Positions 41,713-56,345 of a DNA stretch of 64,000 nucleotides are shown piece after piece. A program made the translations under genes and the position numbers. The DNA comes from Octopus vulgaris (Eukaryota), in NCBI GenBank assembly GCA_951406725.2, contig OX597835.1:30194001-30258000 (forward strand), in the 5' to 3' direction. A model generated the notes under the pieces. It ran no database searches, was not told where the DNA came from, and saw nothing but the letters and a program-made list of their open reading frames with translations. How positions within the stretch are numbered: the stretch's first letter is position 1; each line of letters starts with the position of its first letter.

Positions 41713-42473
41713 TAAGCAATTAAGGGTTTAGCAACGAATTGCCTTACCACACACCGAATTTAGAAATAGCAGTCAAAGAGATTATAGCTATTTCTTCTAC
41801 TAAAAGGGAGATCACAGTAAAGGCACAGCATTTGAAAGGCAAACACAAACAGGCAAGAAAGAATGAATTAACGGCAATCTATCATACAGTTTTAAGTCAC
41901 CTACGGACGTACGTTTCGAGATCAAGTCTTAGGAAAGCGTAAGAATTAGATAACTCTACTTTACCCAGACTTCTTCTTTCATCAGCGCAGGATACAAACA
42001 ATCATGAATGATTGAATATTGAATTTTGAGATACTAGAAGGCACCAACTCAACTCAGTATCAGAGCGAGCTAGAAGCCACAGCTAGTATCACCAAATTCA
42101 AAGTATGAATGAAAGCTTGTGTCACCAGTCCCTTCCCACCCGCGTGTAGCCAAGACAAAGTGCTGTGGTCATTTACTGGGATGAATATGGTTATGAGTAA
42201 ACAATGAAGGGTGAAATTAATTAATTTGGAATAATTATCAATTACACCAAGTAGTCTTCGGCATGTAAAAGCCTCATTCGAGGAAAATTTAAGTAATACT
42301 AAGCAATTAAGGGTTTAGCAACGAATTGCCTTACCACACACCGAATTTAGAAATAGCAGTCAAAGAGATTATAGCTATTTCTTCTACTAAAAGGGAGATC
42401 ACAGTAAAGGCACAGCATTTGAAAGGCAAACACAAACAGGCAAGAAAGAATGAATTAACGGCAATCTATCATA
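41713..42473 (-). mobile_element. Hammerhead-bearing 587-bp unit with 174-bp terminal direct repeat (pseudo-LTR-like) in (TA)n
   Basis: 41713-41886 matches 42300-42473 with no differences seen. Confidence 0.87.
41900..41991 (-). ncRNA. Type-I hammerhead ribozyme motif
   Basis: Minus strand: CCTGCG-CTGATGA-AAGAAGAAGTCT..AGACTTGATCTC-GAAA-CGTAC-GTC-CGTAGG; stem I 6 bp with one G-U, stem III palindrome ACGTACGT; first stem II pair is A-C. Confidence 0.8.
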
Positions 42474-42563
42474 TACACACATATATGTATATAAATACAT
42501 ATATATATATATATATATATATATGCATTTATATACATACATATATATGTATATATATATATG

Positions 42564-42628
<65 letters not shown>

Positions 42629-42725
42629 GTAATATAAATACATGTATAACTTTACACACAGATAGAAACGCACACATTCATATATATATATAAATATGCT
42701 CATATACATATATGTATATATATAT

Positions 42726-43313
42726 ATGGAGTGGCAGGTTAAGGTAGGGGTGGATTATAGTGCCTACAAAGTATAGCAATGTTAGAAACAAGATGGCCAA
42801 TTTGAGTTTTGCTTGCACACTTCTCACTCTTTCTTTCATGAAAAGGACAGAAGGAGAAAGAGGGTGGATGACAATATGATATCAAATAATGGGGGCCAAA
42901 TGAAAGATGAATAAGTTGTCGGAAGGAGAAGAGATGGATAGAATGAGAAGCGAAGAAAATTTGCAAGCAGTGGAGGGTGGAGTTGTTAAGATGGAGTGGC
43001 AGGTTAAGGTAGGGGTGGATTATATGTTTCCATTATTTGATATCATATTGTCATCCACCCTCTTTCTCCTTCTGTCCCTTTCTTGCTTTCTGTCTCTGTC
43101 TCTCTTTCTCTCTGTCTCTCTCTCTCTCTTTCTGTCTATCTCCCTCTCTGTTTCTCTTTCACGCTGTGTCGATTGGCCGTTCAGCTTCTCTCGACCTTAC
43201 ACTGCAACATCGATATTTACATGTACGTAGCGATATCGAATACAGCCATAGAGGTAGATTCATAGACGAATGCGGATAGACATGGAGAGACAGACAGACA
43301 GACAGACAGACAT

Positions 43314-43372
<59 letters not shown>

Positions 43373-44061
43373 CTTAGGTAGATATATATATATATGTATC
43401 TATATACGTATATATATATGTATATATACATATACGTGTATGTATGTATGTATGTATATAACTATGTGTATATAATGAATTTACAAATATACACTTTTCA
43501 TGAAAGAAAGAGTGAGAAGTGTGCAAGCAAAACTCAAATTGGCCATCTTGTTTCTAACATTGCTATACTTTGTAGGCACTATAATCCACCCCTACCTTAA
43601 CCTGCCACTCCATCTTAACAACTCCACCCTCCACTGCTTGCAAATTTTCTTCGCTTCTCATTCTATCCATCTCTTCTCCTTCCGACAACTTATTCATCTT
43701 TCATTTGGCCCCCATTATTTGATATCATATTGTCATCCACCCTCTTTCTCCTTCTGTCCCTTTCTTGCTTTCTGAGAGCCTGTGTCACTCTCTGACACCC
43801 TTTCATTGTCTCACTCTGTTTGTCTGTCTGTCTATCTCTGTCTCTGTCTCTCTTTCTCTCTGTCTCTCTCTCTCTCTTTCTGTCTATCTCCCTCTCTGTT
43901 TCTCTTTCACGCTGTGTCGATTGGCCGTTCAGCTTCTCTCGACCTTACACTGCAACATCGATATTTACATGTACGTAGCGATATCGAATACAGCCATAGA
44001 GGTAGATTCATAGACGAATGCGGATAGACATGGAGAGACAGACAGACAGACAGACAGACAT

Positions 44062-44128
<67 letters not shown>

Positions 44129-44140
44129 CTTAGGTAGATA
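42726..44140. repeat. Complex local duplication: inverted, circularly permuted copy plus direct copy
   Basis: 42726-43024 is the permuted reverse complement of 43495-43759; 43030-43385 duplicates 43712-44140 less ~65 bp. Confidence 0.88.
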
Positions 44141-44196
44141 GATAGATAGATAGATAGAGAGGGAGAGAGAGAGAGGCAGATATATAGATACTTAGG

Positions 44197-44228
<32 letters not shown>

Positions 44229-44252
44229 CAGACAGATAGATAGATACTTAGG

Positions 44253-44290
<38 letters not shown>

Positions 44291-44744
44291 TGTAGATAGA
44301 CAGACAGATAGATAGATACTTAGGTAGATAGATAAATAGACAGATATAAATATAGATATATATACATATGTACATATATATATATATTCGTACATAAATA
44401 CATATATACATACATATATATAATGGAGAGAGAAAGAGAGAATGAGAGAGAGAGAGAGTGTGTGTGTGTGTGTGTGTGTATGGGTGTATATCTCCGACCA
44501 CTGCCACAAAAGCTCAGACTTGATACTGAGTCGAACAGCCATCATTCGATCAGAATGTCAGCAGGAGACACATCGCGTAAAATGTTTGCATATACGCTCG
44601 TGTATTACAATGCATTCCATGTCTATGTGTGTGTCCGTGTGTGTATGTGTGTATGTGTGTGTGTGTGTGTGTGTATGAGTACATGCACGCATAGATATAT
44701 AAGCGTAAGTTTTAAGTGTGCGCATATATGCTCGTGTGTTTTGT

Positions 44745-44775
<31 letters not shown>

Positions 44776-45515
44776 CATGTGTGTTTCCATATATTATCAT
44801 TATGATCTATTACTATTTAGTAATTATTATATTTACTCTAACTTTAATCTTTCAATATATATATATATATGGATGTACAAAAATATATAAGTACAAAAAT
44901 ATGTAAATGTTTGTGTATATATATATATATATGCATATATATATATTGTTTTATTCTCTTATTTATTCTTAGACGCCAGGACTTAGTCTTTGTGAGCCTA
45001 GTACTTATTCTATCGATCACTTTTGCTGATCCGCTATGTTACGAGGACGTAAACACACTAGAATCGGTCGTCAAGCGGTGTTGGTGGGGGGGGGGGGGAT
45101 AATCACAGATACACAAACAGCTAAACTCACATCCCTACATATACATATATATTGGTATTAATTTCCTGTGAGTAAAATTCTTTATTTAGAAACCAACATC
45201 AAATTTTGAAACTTTACTTAAGCTTTCTCCGTTTAACACAGGTTTCAACTTCGAGAATTATATTAGTGTTTTATTTACACAGAGCTTTTGGATAAATTCA
45301 TCCTTTAACACCCTTATCCCTTCCTAACTGTACCCTCCCGTTAGTAACTTGTAGAACTCCTTAGTCCTTTAATACCTCTTCATCTACGTTCTTTGAGGTC
45401 GAATGATAAATAATTGTGTGCACTTAACATTCTGGTCTTTAAGAATATGAATCTAAAGCATGTTTTCTTATCTCTTCCTTCTTCCTTTTGTTTATACTGT
45501 ATGCACTTGTTTTTC

Positions 45516-45630
45516 ACTGTGATGAAGATCCGTTGCCTTAATTGGAATGCCCTATGAAGATGAAGGATTTTATTCTCGCATTTATGCATAGACTGCCTTC
45601 TGGGAATTTTGGTCAGAAACAGCTGTTAGC
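45516..45630 (+). ncRNA. Degenerate hammerhead motif with long stem II, in element ~45150-45890
   Basis: ACT-GTGATGA-A-GATC..GGTC-A-GAAA-CAGCT-GTT-AGC; homologous to 59540-59653, which keeps CTGATGA. Confidence 0.5.
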
Positions 45631-45887
45631 TTTGTTATGTTATGTCTTGCTTTGTATTAATAAATAAGCATTAAATGTGGTACTATCGATGTACTGGTTA
45701 ATCTATGTTTTTCTCCATTTTCTAATTATTTGCATTGGTTTCTGATAAACCTTTGTTTATCCTATTGTCACCTGCACTCGTCATACATGGTATTCCAGCA
45801 GACCATTTCCCGGGGAGAACACAGGTAACGGATACTGAGAGTACCATACGGATATTTTATCCCTTAGTTGGTTACTACAGCTGTTAA

Positions 45888-45908
<21 letters not shown>

Positions 45909-45962
<54 letters not shown>

Positions 45963-46337
45963 GCTGAAGTTGTATGTGTGTGGCAGGTTTGGTAGCCTTC
46001 AACTAACACTATCTCCTCCGAGACACTGCGGCGCAAGTTGACTAAAATTGAAAGTATGATAGAAGAAGGCTTGCTCTTCATTCCGTAGAAGATTGAATTC
46101 AAATCGGACTATGTTAAAACCAAAAATTATTTACATCAAAAAGGTGCTTTTTTTCTATGAAAATCCCTATTTTTTACGATTTTTTGACTGCTGTGTCGCC
46201 ATTTTTAGTTGTATTTCAACCAGAGAAATGTTCACTTATTGAGAATGATAAGCTACGTATTACGAAATTTAAACTTTTCAAAAATTCTTATTATAAAGGG
46301 TTGAAACAAACCCGAGCAACGCCAGGCGATACTGCTA

Positions 46338-46338
<1 letters not shown>
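45909..46338 (+). mobile_element. Non-autonomous Helitron
   Basis: TC-(TA)n-aagctgaagttg start; imperfect subterminal hairpin cccgagcaacgccagg then CTAG followed by T at 46335-46339. Confidence 0.68.
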
Positions 46339-46396
<58 letters not shown>

Positions 46397-47100
46397 CGGC
46401 GGCCTTGCTGGGGTACGCATATGAAGACTATTTACACGAATGTATCAGCCCAAATACAGCTTTTGTAAAAGCATGGTACTTATTCTATTGATCTCACTTA
46501 CCCAACTGCTAAGCTGCGGGAGCTCCGGTTGCCAAACGGTGGGTAGGCCCAAATAGAAAGGCGCACACATACACACACAAACACAGCCACACGACACATA
46601 ATATTATATACATCTACAACGGGCTTCTTTCAGTTTCCATCTACCAAATCTACTCACAAGAATTTGTTCAGCCCTAGACCAAAAAATAAAACAGTCGCCC
46701 AAGTTGCCACGCAATGGAACTGAACCCGGAACCATATGATAGGGAAGCAAGCTTTTCGCCACACAGCTCTGCCTCTTTACATATCAATATACATACATAA
46801 ATACATACATACATAATACGCATACACACACACACACGCGCGCAAAGATATATATTCATATACATACAGCGAAGAAGAAAGGACTGGAAGCGTCGTTTCT
46901 GCAGAATTGGTACAGAGTCCTATATGACACGGCTAAGTTCATACAGAGAAATACAGACGACAATTTGATATCGAATGCATATGTGTGTGTATGTATACAT
47001 AAATATATCTATACATGCAATCATAAGTGGTTTGTAAGTATGCGTGTATGCATATGTATATACATGTACGAGCATATTATGATATGTATGAAAATATACT

Positions 47101-47142
<42 letters not shown>

Positions 47143-47181
47143 ATTTCCCTATATAGCAATGTGTGTATATATATATATATG

Positions 47182-47248
<67 letters not shown>

Positions 47249-47299
47249 TATATACGTAATATGTCTATCTCGGTATGCGTGTATATATATATATATGTG

Positions 47300-47354
<55 letters not shown>

Positions 47355-47517
47355 ATATATAATATGAATATGCTTATATAGAGTCTGAGAGAGAGTGAGA
47401 GAGAGAGGTAGGGAGAGAGGTTATAAGGCAGACGCAATGATAGCTTTCTTGTAAGATAGATAGAGAGATGGATAGATTGATTTGATATACAGATTGATGG
47501 GAAAATAGATAGATAGA

Positions 47518-47548
<31 letters not shown>

Positions 47549-47777
47549 ATAGAGAACTAGTTTGAGAAAGAGATAGACAACCGTTTACAATATTTGTAGT
47601 TACTAAGCAGTTAGTTTGCAACATACACACAGACATACGCATATATATATATATATATATATATTCATGTGTATATACATATCATATATATATGAATATG
47701 TATAATATATGTAATATACATATATTATATATGTATATGTGTGTGTATATATATACACACACATTCATATATTGATA

Positions 47778-47826
<49 letters not shown>

Positions 47827-48815
47827 ACATTCATATATACATATATTCTTATAAATGGAATAAAAAGCCACCATGAAATAGGGGAGAGCGAACAGTAAAA
47901 ATTACACACGGAAATAAAGATGTACCCTAAAAAAAGAACAACAACAACAATAACAGTAACACGTACAACAAACACATACTACCACCAGCCCCACCACCAC
48001 CAACAACAACAGCAATAACAATAACAAAAACAACATCAATACAAGAAAAAAGGCAACACAAGCCAGAAAATATCGCCAACATTAGTATCAGAAGAAGACG
48101 AGGAATGCTATAGAGTTTCATCAATATTTAGAAAGTATCTATAGAATAACATCAAAACGTTATGCCAATAAAGTTAAGAAGAACTACAAGACTTTCAGAT
48201 ATAGTAATATAAATTTGGACAATTTCCTGACACTTTAATATACAGTGAAACAAAAATATGATCTGAAACATCAAATGTTAACTGTAAATCGAGAATGAAG
48301 CAAAAAGTTATATCTACTCGGTAACTATATGTTTCATGAACGTTTCCTATCGCCATCTCCCTCCCTCGCTCTTCTGCTCTCTCTGTTTCTAATTCTCCAT
48401 CAATGTCCCTTTTCTGTCTCTATTTATCCATTTATCTATTTATCTATCATCATTTTTCACTGACCCTCTGCTATTTCTTTGAATATATATGTGTGTATGC
48501 GTGTGTGTGTGTGTGTTGGTGTGTGAATTGCTTACACATAGGTGTATGTGCGTATGTGCGTGCGTGTGTGCGTGTATGTATGTATGCATATACACAAACA
48601 TACATAGAGACAGATATAAATACATGCATATTTAGTAAGCGAGAGAGACAATGAAGAGACATTAAGTAGAAGTGACATATATGTGTGTCACTGTGTGTGT
48701 ATGTGAATGCATATGTATATATATATATATATATCAATACACACACATGTGTATATATAAATACATACGTATTCATATACATACATACATACATACTTAC
48801 ATATATATATATATA

Positions 48816-48851
<36 letters not shown>

Positions 48852-49666
48852 TATATATGTACGAATGTATGGATGTATGTATATATGTTTGAATGTAATG
48901 TATAGAATGGGGTAGAGGGAAAGGAAGAGAGAGAGAGTGAATAATATATATTAGTATTTAGATCTATATTTGAGTAGTTGCTGCGACTCGGTGTTGGAAT
49001 CGACGTAGTTAGAGGGACCGGTTTGGGTGGGTCTGTGGTGACGGCTGCGGAATCGTTAAGTGAAAGAGGTTAAAAAGAAAGAAGAGAGAGAGAAAAAAAT
49101 GAAGGCAACAATCGGAGAAGTGTGTAACCAGAAGAAATATTTTATTGACATCAATGTTTGCCATGACTGAAAGACCGCAGCCTAAAATAGTTGCGAGCAG
49201 AAAGAGAAAGATTCAACGCTGGCGTTACGTACAGCTCTCCTATTTATGAAACGCAGAAAAGTCACAGAATATTGAAACCATTGAGAAACGCCATATTACA
49301 CGCTAAAATGCCACAGGTCTTTTAAGCTTTGCATCTGCCATCATCACAGACATGCGTGGCACTGCTACTTATAGACACACACAGCTTTCTTTATAGGTAT
49401 ATATATGTGTATATATATATAAGTGGGATGCATGTTTTTGTGTGTGGACATCCATGTATGTTCTTGCAGTTTCATGATGCAAGATGAATAAACTGTTCAT
49501 GCATGCATCGGCAACACATATACATGAATAAGACGTATATGATATATATATATATACATACACACATATATATATATTTATACATATATATAAACATATA
49601 TATATATATATATATATACATACATATATATATATATATATAGACACACGCACATATATCTATCAC

Positions 49667-49728
<62 letters not shown>

Positions 49729-49760
49729 TCTATTAAAATTACATTTTCAAACCTTCTTTC

Positions 49761-49796
<36 letters not shown>

Positions 49797-49874
49797 AGAT
49801 TTACACACATTAATATGTAAATATATTCGACAATCCATTTTTATGTGAGTAAATATTATTTAAGTATGTAAGTT

Positions 49875-49906
<32 letters not shown>

Positions 49907-50172
49907 CATACGCGTATTTGCGTTTGAATGTGTGAATGTACATATGTACGATGTGCGTGTGTGTACACGTATATATTTACACACTTAAACACACACACAC
50001 ACACACATATATATATATTCTGGAAAATGCCGTTTTATATGCAGTTCTGCTTAAGTGTATGTTTGTCTCCCGTAGATAAATATAAATAGTAGTGTATGCA
50101 TGCATATGCCTGTGTGTATGTATATCTATCCATCTATCAATCTATATATCTATTTATCTATCTATCTATCTA

Positions 50173-50216
<44 letters not shown>

Positions 50217-50550
50217 TAAAAGTGTGTATGTATATACACACATAAATACTTACATACGTGCATGTTAGGATGTATCTGTATAGACATCTACATAATACAT
50301 ACCACTGTTGTTGAGTCTGGAAACGCAGGGCACTAAAAGCATTCTAATATCCCCTACTCCCCCTGCTCCTTTTATTTCTGCAACTACAACAGTTACCAAA
50401 GTCTACATTATCTTCTCCACATGTAAGAACACCTATCCTCGAACCTTCGTCCAAGCATCACCATGCATTCCTCTCTATGCTCGTCCTACTCCTATCACCC
50501 ATCTCTCTTTACATCCATTTTTAACCCCGTCTCTCCTCTCACTCTCTCTC

Positions 50551-50597
<47 letters not shown>

Positions 50598-51038
50598 CAT
50601 TCTTCAGTCTATCTTCCATGCTCTCTTTAAAGCTTCCTTATATTTTCTTCCCTTATTCCTTAGTTTTGTTTAACTTTTTTATCTGTCACCTTATCATAAT
50701 TTCTCATTTACTATTCATCGTAATCATCATCATCATCATCAACATCACTATCCCATCAACATCAAGGTCATCATAATCATGGTAATGATGATAATCATCA
50801 TCATAAACTTACATATCCTCCTTTCCTGCCTCCTCCTCCTCCCCCTCATCATCATCATCTTCATCATCACATCATTATTATTATTATTATTATTATTATT
50901 ACTCCATTTATTGTTCATTATATCAGCACAGCTCGATAAAGCCACATAAATAAGCTAGTTAGTATTATTAGTCTGTAGCCGACATGCTAAAACAGGAGCT
51001 TTAATATGCATGCTTAAACACGTTTCCCGAGGACACCG

Positions 51039-51235
51039 CGTGTGTATCGTTGGCGATTTTTCCCCCGTCTTTCCTTCCTTGGATCTTTCCTTTTTCTATA
51101 TTTCTCGCGAAGAGCTCCGCTCGAAACTTTAAGTCCTCCTTCTTTCTTTCCTTTACTGAGCGTCCAATAACACTTTACTTGTTCCACATCTTCGCGTTGT
51201 TGTGTTTTCTCTTTGTTTTCATGTTTGGATTAACT
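51039..51235 (+). mobile_element. ~200-bp hammerhead-family element, copy 2 (core mutated)
   Basis: ATTT-CTCGCGA-A-GAGC-TCC-GCTC-GAAAC-TTT at 51100-51130; homologous to 12505-12706. Confidence 0.72.
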
Positions 51236-51767
51236 ATATATATACGACCACGAACCCACAAGAATAAACAAGAGAGACAGAGACAAGCAGAAACAAGGAA
51301 AATGTCACTTATATTTGAACGCTATACAAATATTCTTTTTAAAAAAACTTTTCTTTTAATTTTTCTAAATTTAATTATTTAATTGTTACAGTTGAAAAAG
51401 TTTCAATGACTGAAACCGGTACTGAAATGTTCCTTATAAAATTATTTTAGCATTTTCTATCCTGACTTGTTTTTTCATATATATATATATATATCTTATT
51501 TGTTAATACAAATTCGGTGTGTTGCGTTCCATTAACTTGATAAATGTAAAAATGCATAGACAAACGAGGTAACGTATACGAAGCGAAAAAAAGGAGGGGA
51601 GACAAACAGAAACTACATAATTCTTCAGCTATCGAATAATGGTACTGCTTGTTCAGATTCGCACCTTTTACGATAAGACTGAGTACTTCCCAACTGGCGG
51701 GTCCCGCAACAAAAAACAAAGTTTTCTTACGTAGAATAAGGACAAGGGAAACAAAAGAAAACAACCA

Positions 51768-51825
<58 letters not shown>

Positions 51826-51828
<3 letters not shown>

Positions 51829-52244
51829 TCTTACTCTTTTTCTCTTTTACTTGTTTCAGTCATTTGACTGCGGCCATGCTGGAGCACCGCCTTTAGTCGA
51901 GCAACTCGACCCCGGGACTTATTCTTTTTGTAAGCCCAGTACTTATTCTATCGGTCTCTTTTTGCCGAACCGCTAAGTGACGGGGACGTAAACACACCAG
52001 CATCGGTTGTCAAGCAATGCTAGGGGAACAAACACAGACACACAAACACACATACACATATATATATATATATATATATACATATATACGACAGGCTTCT
52101 TTCAGTTTCCGTCTACCAAATCCACTCGCAAGGCATTGGTCGGCCCGGGGCTATAGCAGAAGACACTTGCCCAAGATGCCACGCAGTGGGATTGAACCCG
52201 GAACCATGTGGTTGGTTAGCAAGCTACTTACCACACAGCCACTC
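51826..52244 (-). mobile_element. SINE family B, near full-length
   Basis: Close match to 13896-14302. Confidence 0.9.
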
Positions 52245-52277
<33 letters not shown>

Positions 52278-52282
<5 letters not shown>

Positions 52283-52578
52283 GCGTATAATACGGATGAC
52301 CAGTAACTGGACATCCAATGAGCTAGAAGGTCACCTACGATCTAAATACAAAGAAAAGAATGTTCTCTAGAGAAATCCAGCAAACACCAGAATATCGCTG
52401 CAGTTTGATCGTATGTGATCTTCCTCTAGCATATTGGATGTCCACTTAGTGGTTGTTCCTATTATACGCATGTATTACAATTTTTCTGAATTTTCAGATT
52501 TTTCTATATGCTACGCTACTGCTTTTAGATTGATATTAATTAAATTAATATTCAATTCCTCACCTTCATTATTTAAAT
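52278..52578. mobile_element. Fold-back fragment related to the 31.4-kb element
   Basis: 52278-52330 inverted at 52423-52474; shares ggatgacca...ctggacatcca...gctagaag and agcaaacaccagaa with 31378-31478. Confidence 0.68.
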
Positions 52579-52706
52579 ATATATAGGTAGGTAGGTACAT
52601 ATACAGAAAAACGAGCAAAGTACAGTTTCGCCGTGAATGAAGATGATGATAAAGAAGATGATGACGATGACGACGACAACAACGATGATGATGATGATGA
52701 TGATGT

Positions 52707-52758
<52 letters not shown>

Positions 52759-53046
52759 AATGATGATGAGGATGACGATGATGATGCTGATGATGAAAAT
52801 GATGGTGATGGTGGTGATGAGGCGCTCAAACACTCACACACACACACAGAGGCACAGATACCCGCACACACACAAGCACAGACACTCTCACACACAACGC
52901 ATAGACAAACACTCACTCACACATACACAGACGGACACGCACTGACACACACGCACAGACGGACTAATACACATGCAGCGATGCAAGCACATAGAATCCG
53001 TCTCTGATACACTCTTACACAGAAAACACCCATGCCCACACACAAG

Positions 53047-53081
<35 letters not shown>

Positions 53082-55754
53082 GCAAACACGTACACACTCA
53101 CTCACATACACACACACAGACAGACACACACACAAGATGGTCGACAAAAATGACCAGGAAATCAGATTAAGATATTATAGAGAAAGATGCGACAGCGCAG
53201 AGAGAATTTGAACTGAAGATTGGAATCTTGATCCGTTTTATTATTCAAACTCTTGAACTGATCCATCTTCCTTTCATCTACTCCACCACTCTGTCTATTC
53301 AATCCACCCTTGCCCACCACCCCGTCTCAGCCCCTTATAATCGACCACATACACAAACATTATGCATGCATATATAATACACACATATGTGTGTGAGTGT
53401 GTGCGCCTGTGGACGTGTAAGTATGTGTGTGCGTGTGCATGTATATGCACTTTACACATATACATATATTTATATATATATATGTATATATATACATATT
53501 TATCTGTATATACAAATATTTATTGGTAACTTTTATGCTTTTCGGCATATATATATATATATATATAATATATATTTATATATTTATAAATATATATATG
53601 TATACACACATACGTATATATATATATATATGCTTATATGTATGCATGTATATATATATGTATATACCTTTATGTACACTATGTATTTGCATACAGTAGG
53701 TATGTATACTACATGTGTGCATATCTGTGCGCGAGCGTACTGCATGTAAGGATAATATGATCATAAACAGTGAACTTGGCGTTTTCCCGAGGAAAACCTT
53801 TCTCCATATTTTGTCCTCGATATCACCATTTTGTTTTACTTTCACTTTCAGTTTGACATTTCTTTCACTCTGTTCTCAATCACTACGTATATATATTTGT
53901 ATATATATATATATATATATATATACATACCTACCTACGTGGCTATCTATCTATATATCTATGTATCTATTTATCTATCTGTTTATCTATAAATATATCT
54001 ATCTATCTACGTGTCTGTATATCTTACTATCTATCTACATACACACATGCGCACGCACACTCACGCATACAAACGCGCGCGCGCATATATCCTTGGTTAT
54101 TCCGCAGGCCTTACCTTTGAGATGATTTAACAGCGATTACTGTTATTTTTTGTTCAATATTTTTTGCCGGATGTTTTATTTTCATATTTACAGATTTTTT
54201 ACTCAATTTTTCTTTTCGTTTTATTGCCCTTATATATGTCTTCTTATACAATTCATTTATATCTTGTTATTTTCTTGTGTTTGTGTTCAATAATTTTTTA
54301 CTATTTGAACAATAGATTCAAATGACCGTAAAATCCGCAAGACGAGTAGTGAAGGCTAACGAGTCTAATACTCCTCACATACAGAAGTATATGTTTGAGT
54401 GAGTGTATGTGTGTATGTGAATGTGTGTTTGTATGTATTTGTACGTGTATGCATGTATCAGTGTGTGTGTGTGTGAGTGAGTATATGTGTAAGCGTGTGA
54501 GCACATGTGTGTGCAAAACATGTCTACCCCTGAAGGTGATGGCGAATTATTTTCCATTCATGCGTGCTTTTAAATATTGGTTCTATGTTTTACGTGTTTG
54601 TCTGCAAATTTTTTATATGTATGTTTTTTATCCGTTTGTTGTGTTACTGCCCTCGACATATTGTGTGTATATGTGCAAGTGTTTGTATACATCTATATAT
54701 ATATCATATATAGATATATGCATATATATATATATATATACATATGTACCATATATATATATATATATATATAAGGATGCATATGCTCATATGTTCGGTG
54801 TGTGTGATGGTGTAATTTTGATATTCTTATTTAGTGTAGGCTTGCTTGCATCACTAGATCTAGAGGATTCCCTGTAATAAATACATGATGTATTTTGTCT
54901 TAAAGCCTTTCTTACTGCCTTCTTTAATTTCTGTCATCTATCGTTTTCATCAGAATTTAACCAAAATGTATTTATTCCACTCTAACGATGAGACGAGTGT
55001 AGTAAAGAACGAAAGAAATTATTTGAAACACACCAACCGTCTGCATACACATATATACAAACACAAAAAGTTCAGTACATCGCAAGGAATGAATACCAAA
55101 GGAAAGAAATATAAAATATAAAATACACGAAAGTAAATATTCCGAAACCCTAACGAGTTTAAGGACAGTTGTTTCAAAATGGCGGTAAAGATTTAATTTT
55201 TGACAATTTCGCGAGCTAATACAATGCATTACTTAAAAAGAAAACGAAAATTAATTAAAAAATTTTCAATGAAATAAAATATTTAATCCGGTAATACAAA
55301 CAAAAATAAAAGGTAAGATTTAAGAAAGCTTTTTAAAATATAAAACTGCACACGATTATTTCAAAGTAGTTTTGAATCATATTTCATCCATTGTTTTATT
55401 GTGCTATTTATTTTTTTATATTTATTTTTCCTTTCATTTTTATTCTTTTTTTTTTAGGTTTACCGGTTTTAACAATGGATCGATTATCGCTTCTGGTTGT
55501 TAAAAGAATGACGGCCGCTATTTATGTAAGCGTATCGTAAATGATAACCTTGTGATTCGTCGAGGGTTTTGCTAAGTGTTGTTCATATACACGGTTAATA
55601 AATAAAGATATTCTGACATAGACTTCGATTCGGGTTCAAATACTTGTAAGATTAAAGTCTTGAAATTAATTCATTTTATGTGCGTTTTGGCTGGCGTCTG
55701 TGGTGATATATTGTGCATGTGTATGTGTATGGCTGATGTTGTACGTATGCATGA

Positions 55755-55859
<105 letters not shown>

Positions 55860-55886
55860 TGTATATATATATATAATATATATACA

Positions 55887-55977
<91 letters not shown>

Positions 55978-56129
55978 CGCATACATATATAAATATATAC
56001 ATGTTTGCGTAGGACCAACAAACCCATTTAGGAAAATAAATACATAGTCACAGAAGAATCAATGATAATTTAAAGCCATCAAAACTTGGAAGAGGGAGCC
56101 TTCCCTAGGGGAAGCATGTGATACAGAGG

Positions 56130-56345
56130 CAGAGCTGAAAAAATTAAGGAAAGCAATGACCACCCAGAGTCGAAGAGTGTTCTTGATGGTATATGTTCCA
56201 TAGTACGTAAGTTAAGTGCTCAGGTGTCATTTTATCTCCTTCTATATCTGTCGATGACAAGGGTACTATACACTGCCATCTTAGTCTTTACCATCAGTTC
56301 AGGATTTGTCCATACTTGCGTTTTGAAAACCCCGCAGCTGACCGG
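56130..56345 (-). pseudogene. Degenerate RTE-clade LINE fragment
   Basis: Minus strand QVWTNPELMVKTKMAVYSTLV resembles the RTE VWxNxxLxxKTKxxVY motif. Confidence 0.5.

Noticed and set aside
41739-42637. Duplicated [12 protein letters not shown] ORFs
   Set aside because: A by-product of the 174-bp direct repeat; TTG starts and run-off into microsatellite.
48960-49370. Unique higher-complexity islands (also 6780-6990, 57100-57480) as exons or enhancers
   Set aside because: No convincing reading frame, splice pair or recognisable motif; needs RNA-seq or cross-species alignment.
51385-51430. GAAACCGGTA palindrome resembling a hammerhead 3' half
   Set aside because: No upstream CUGANGA or stem I; possibly a deleted relic but unsupported.
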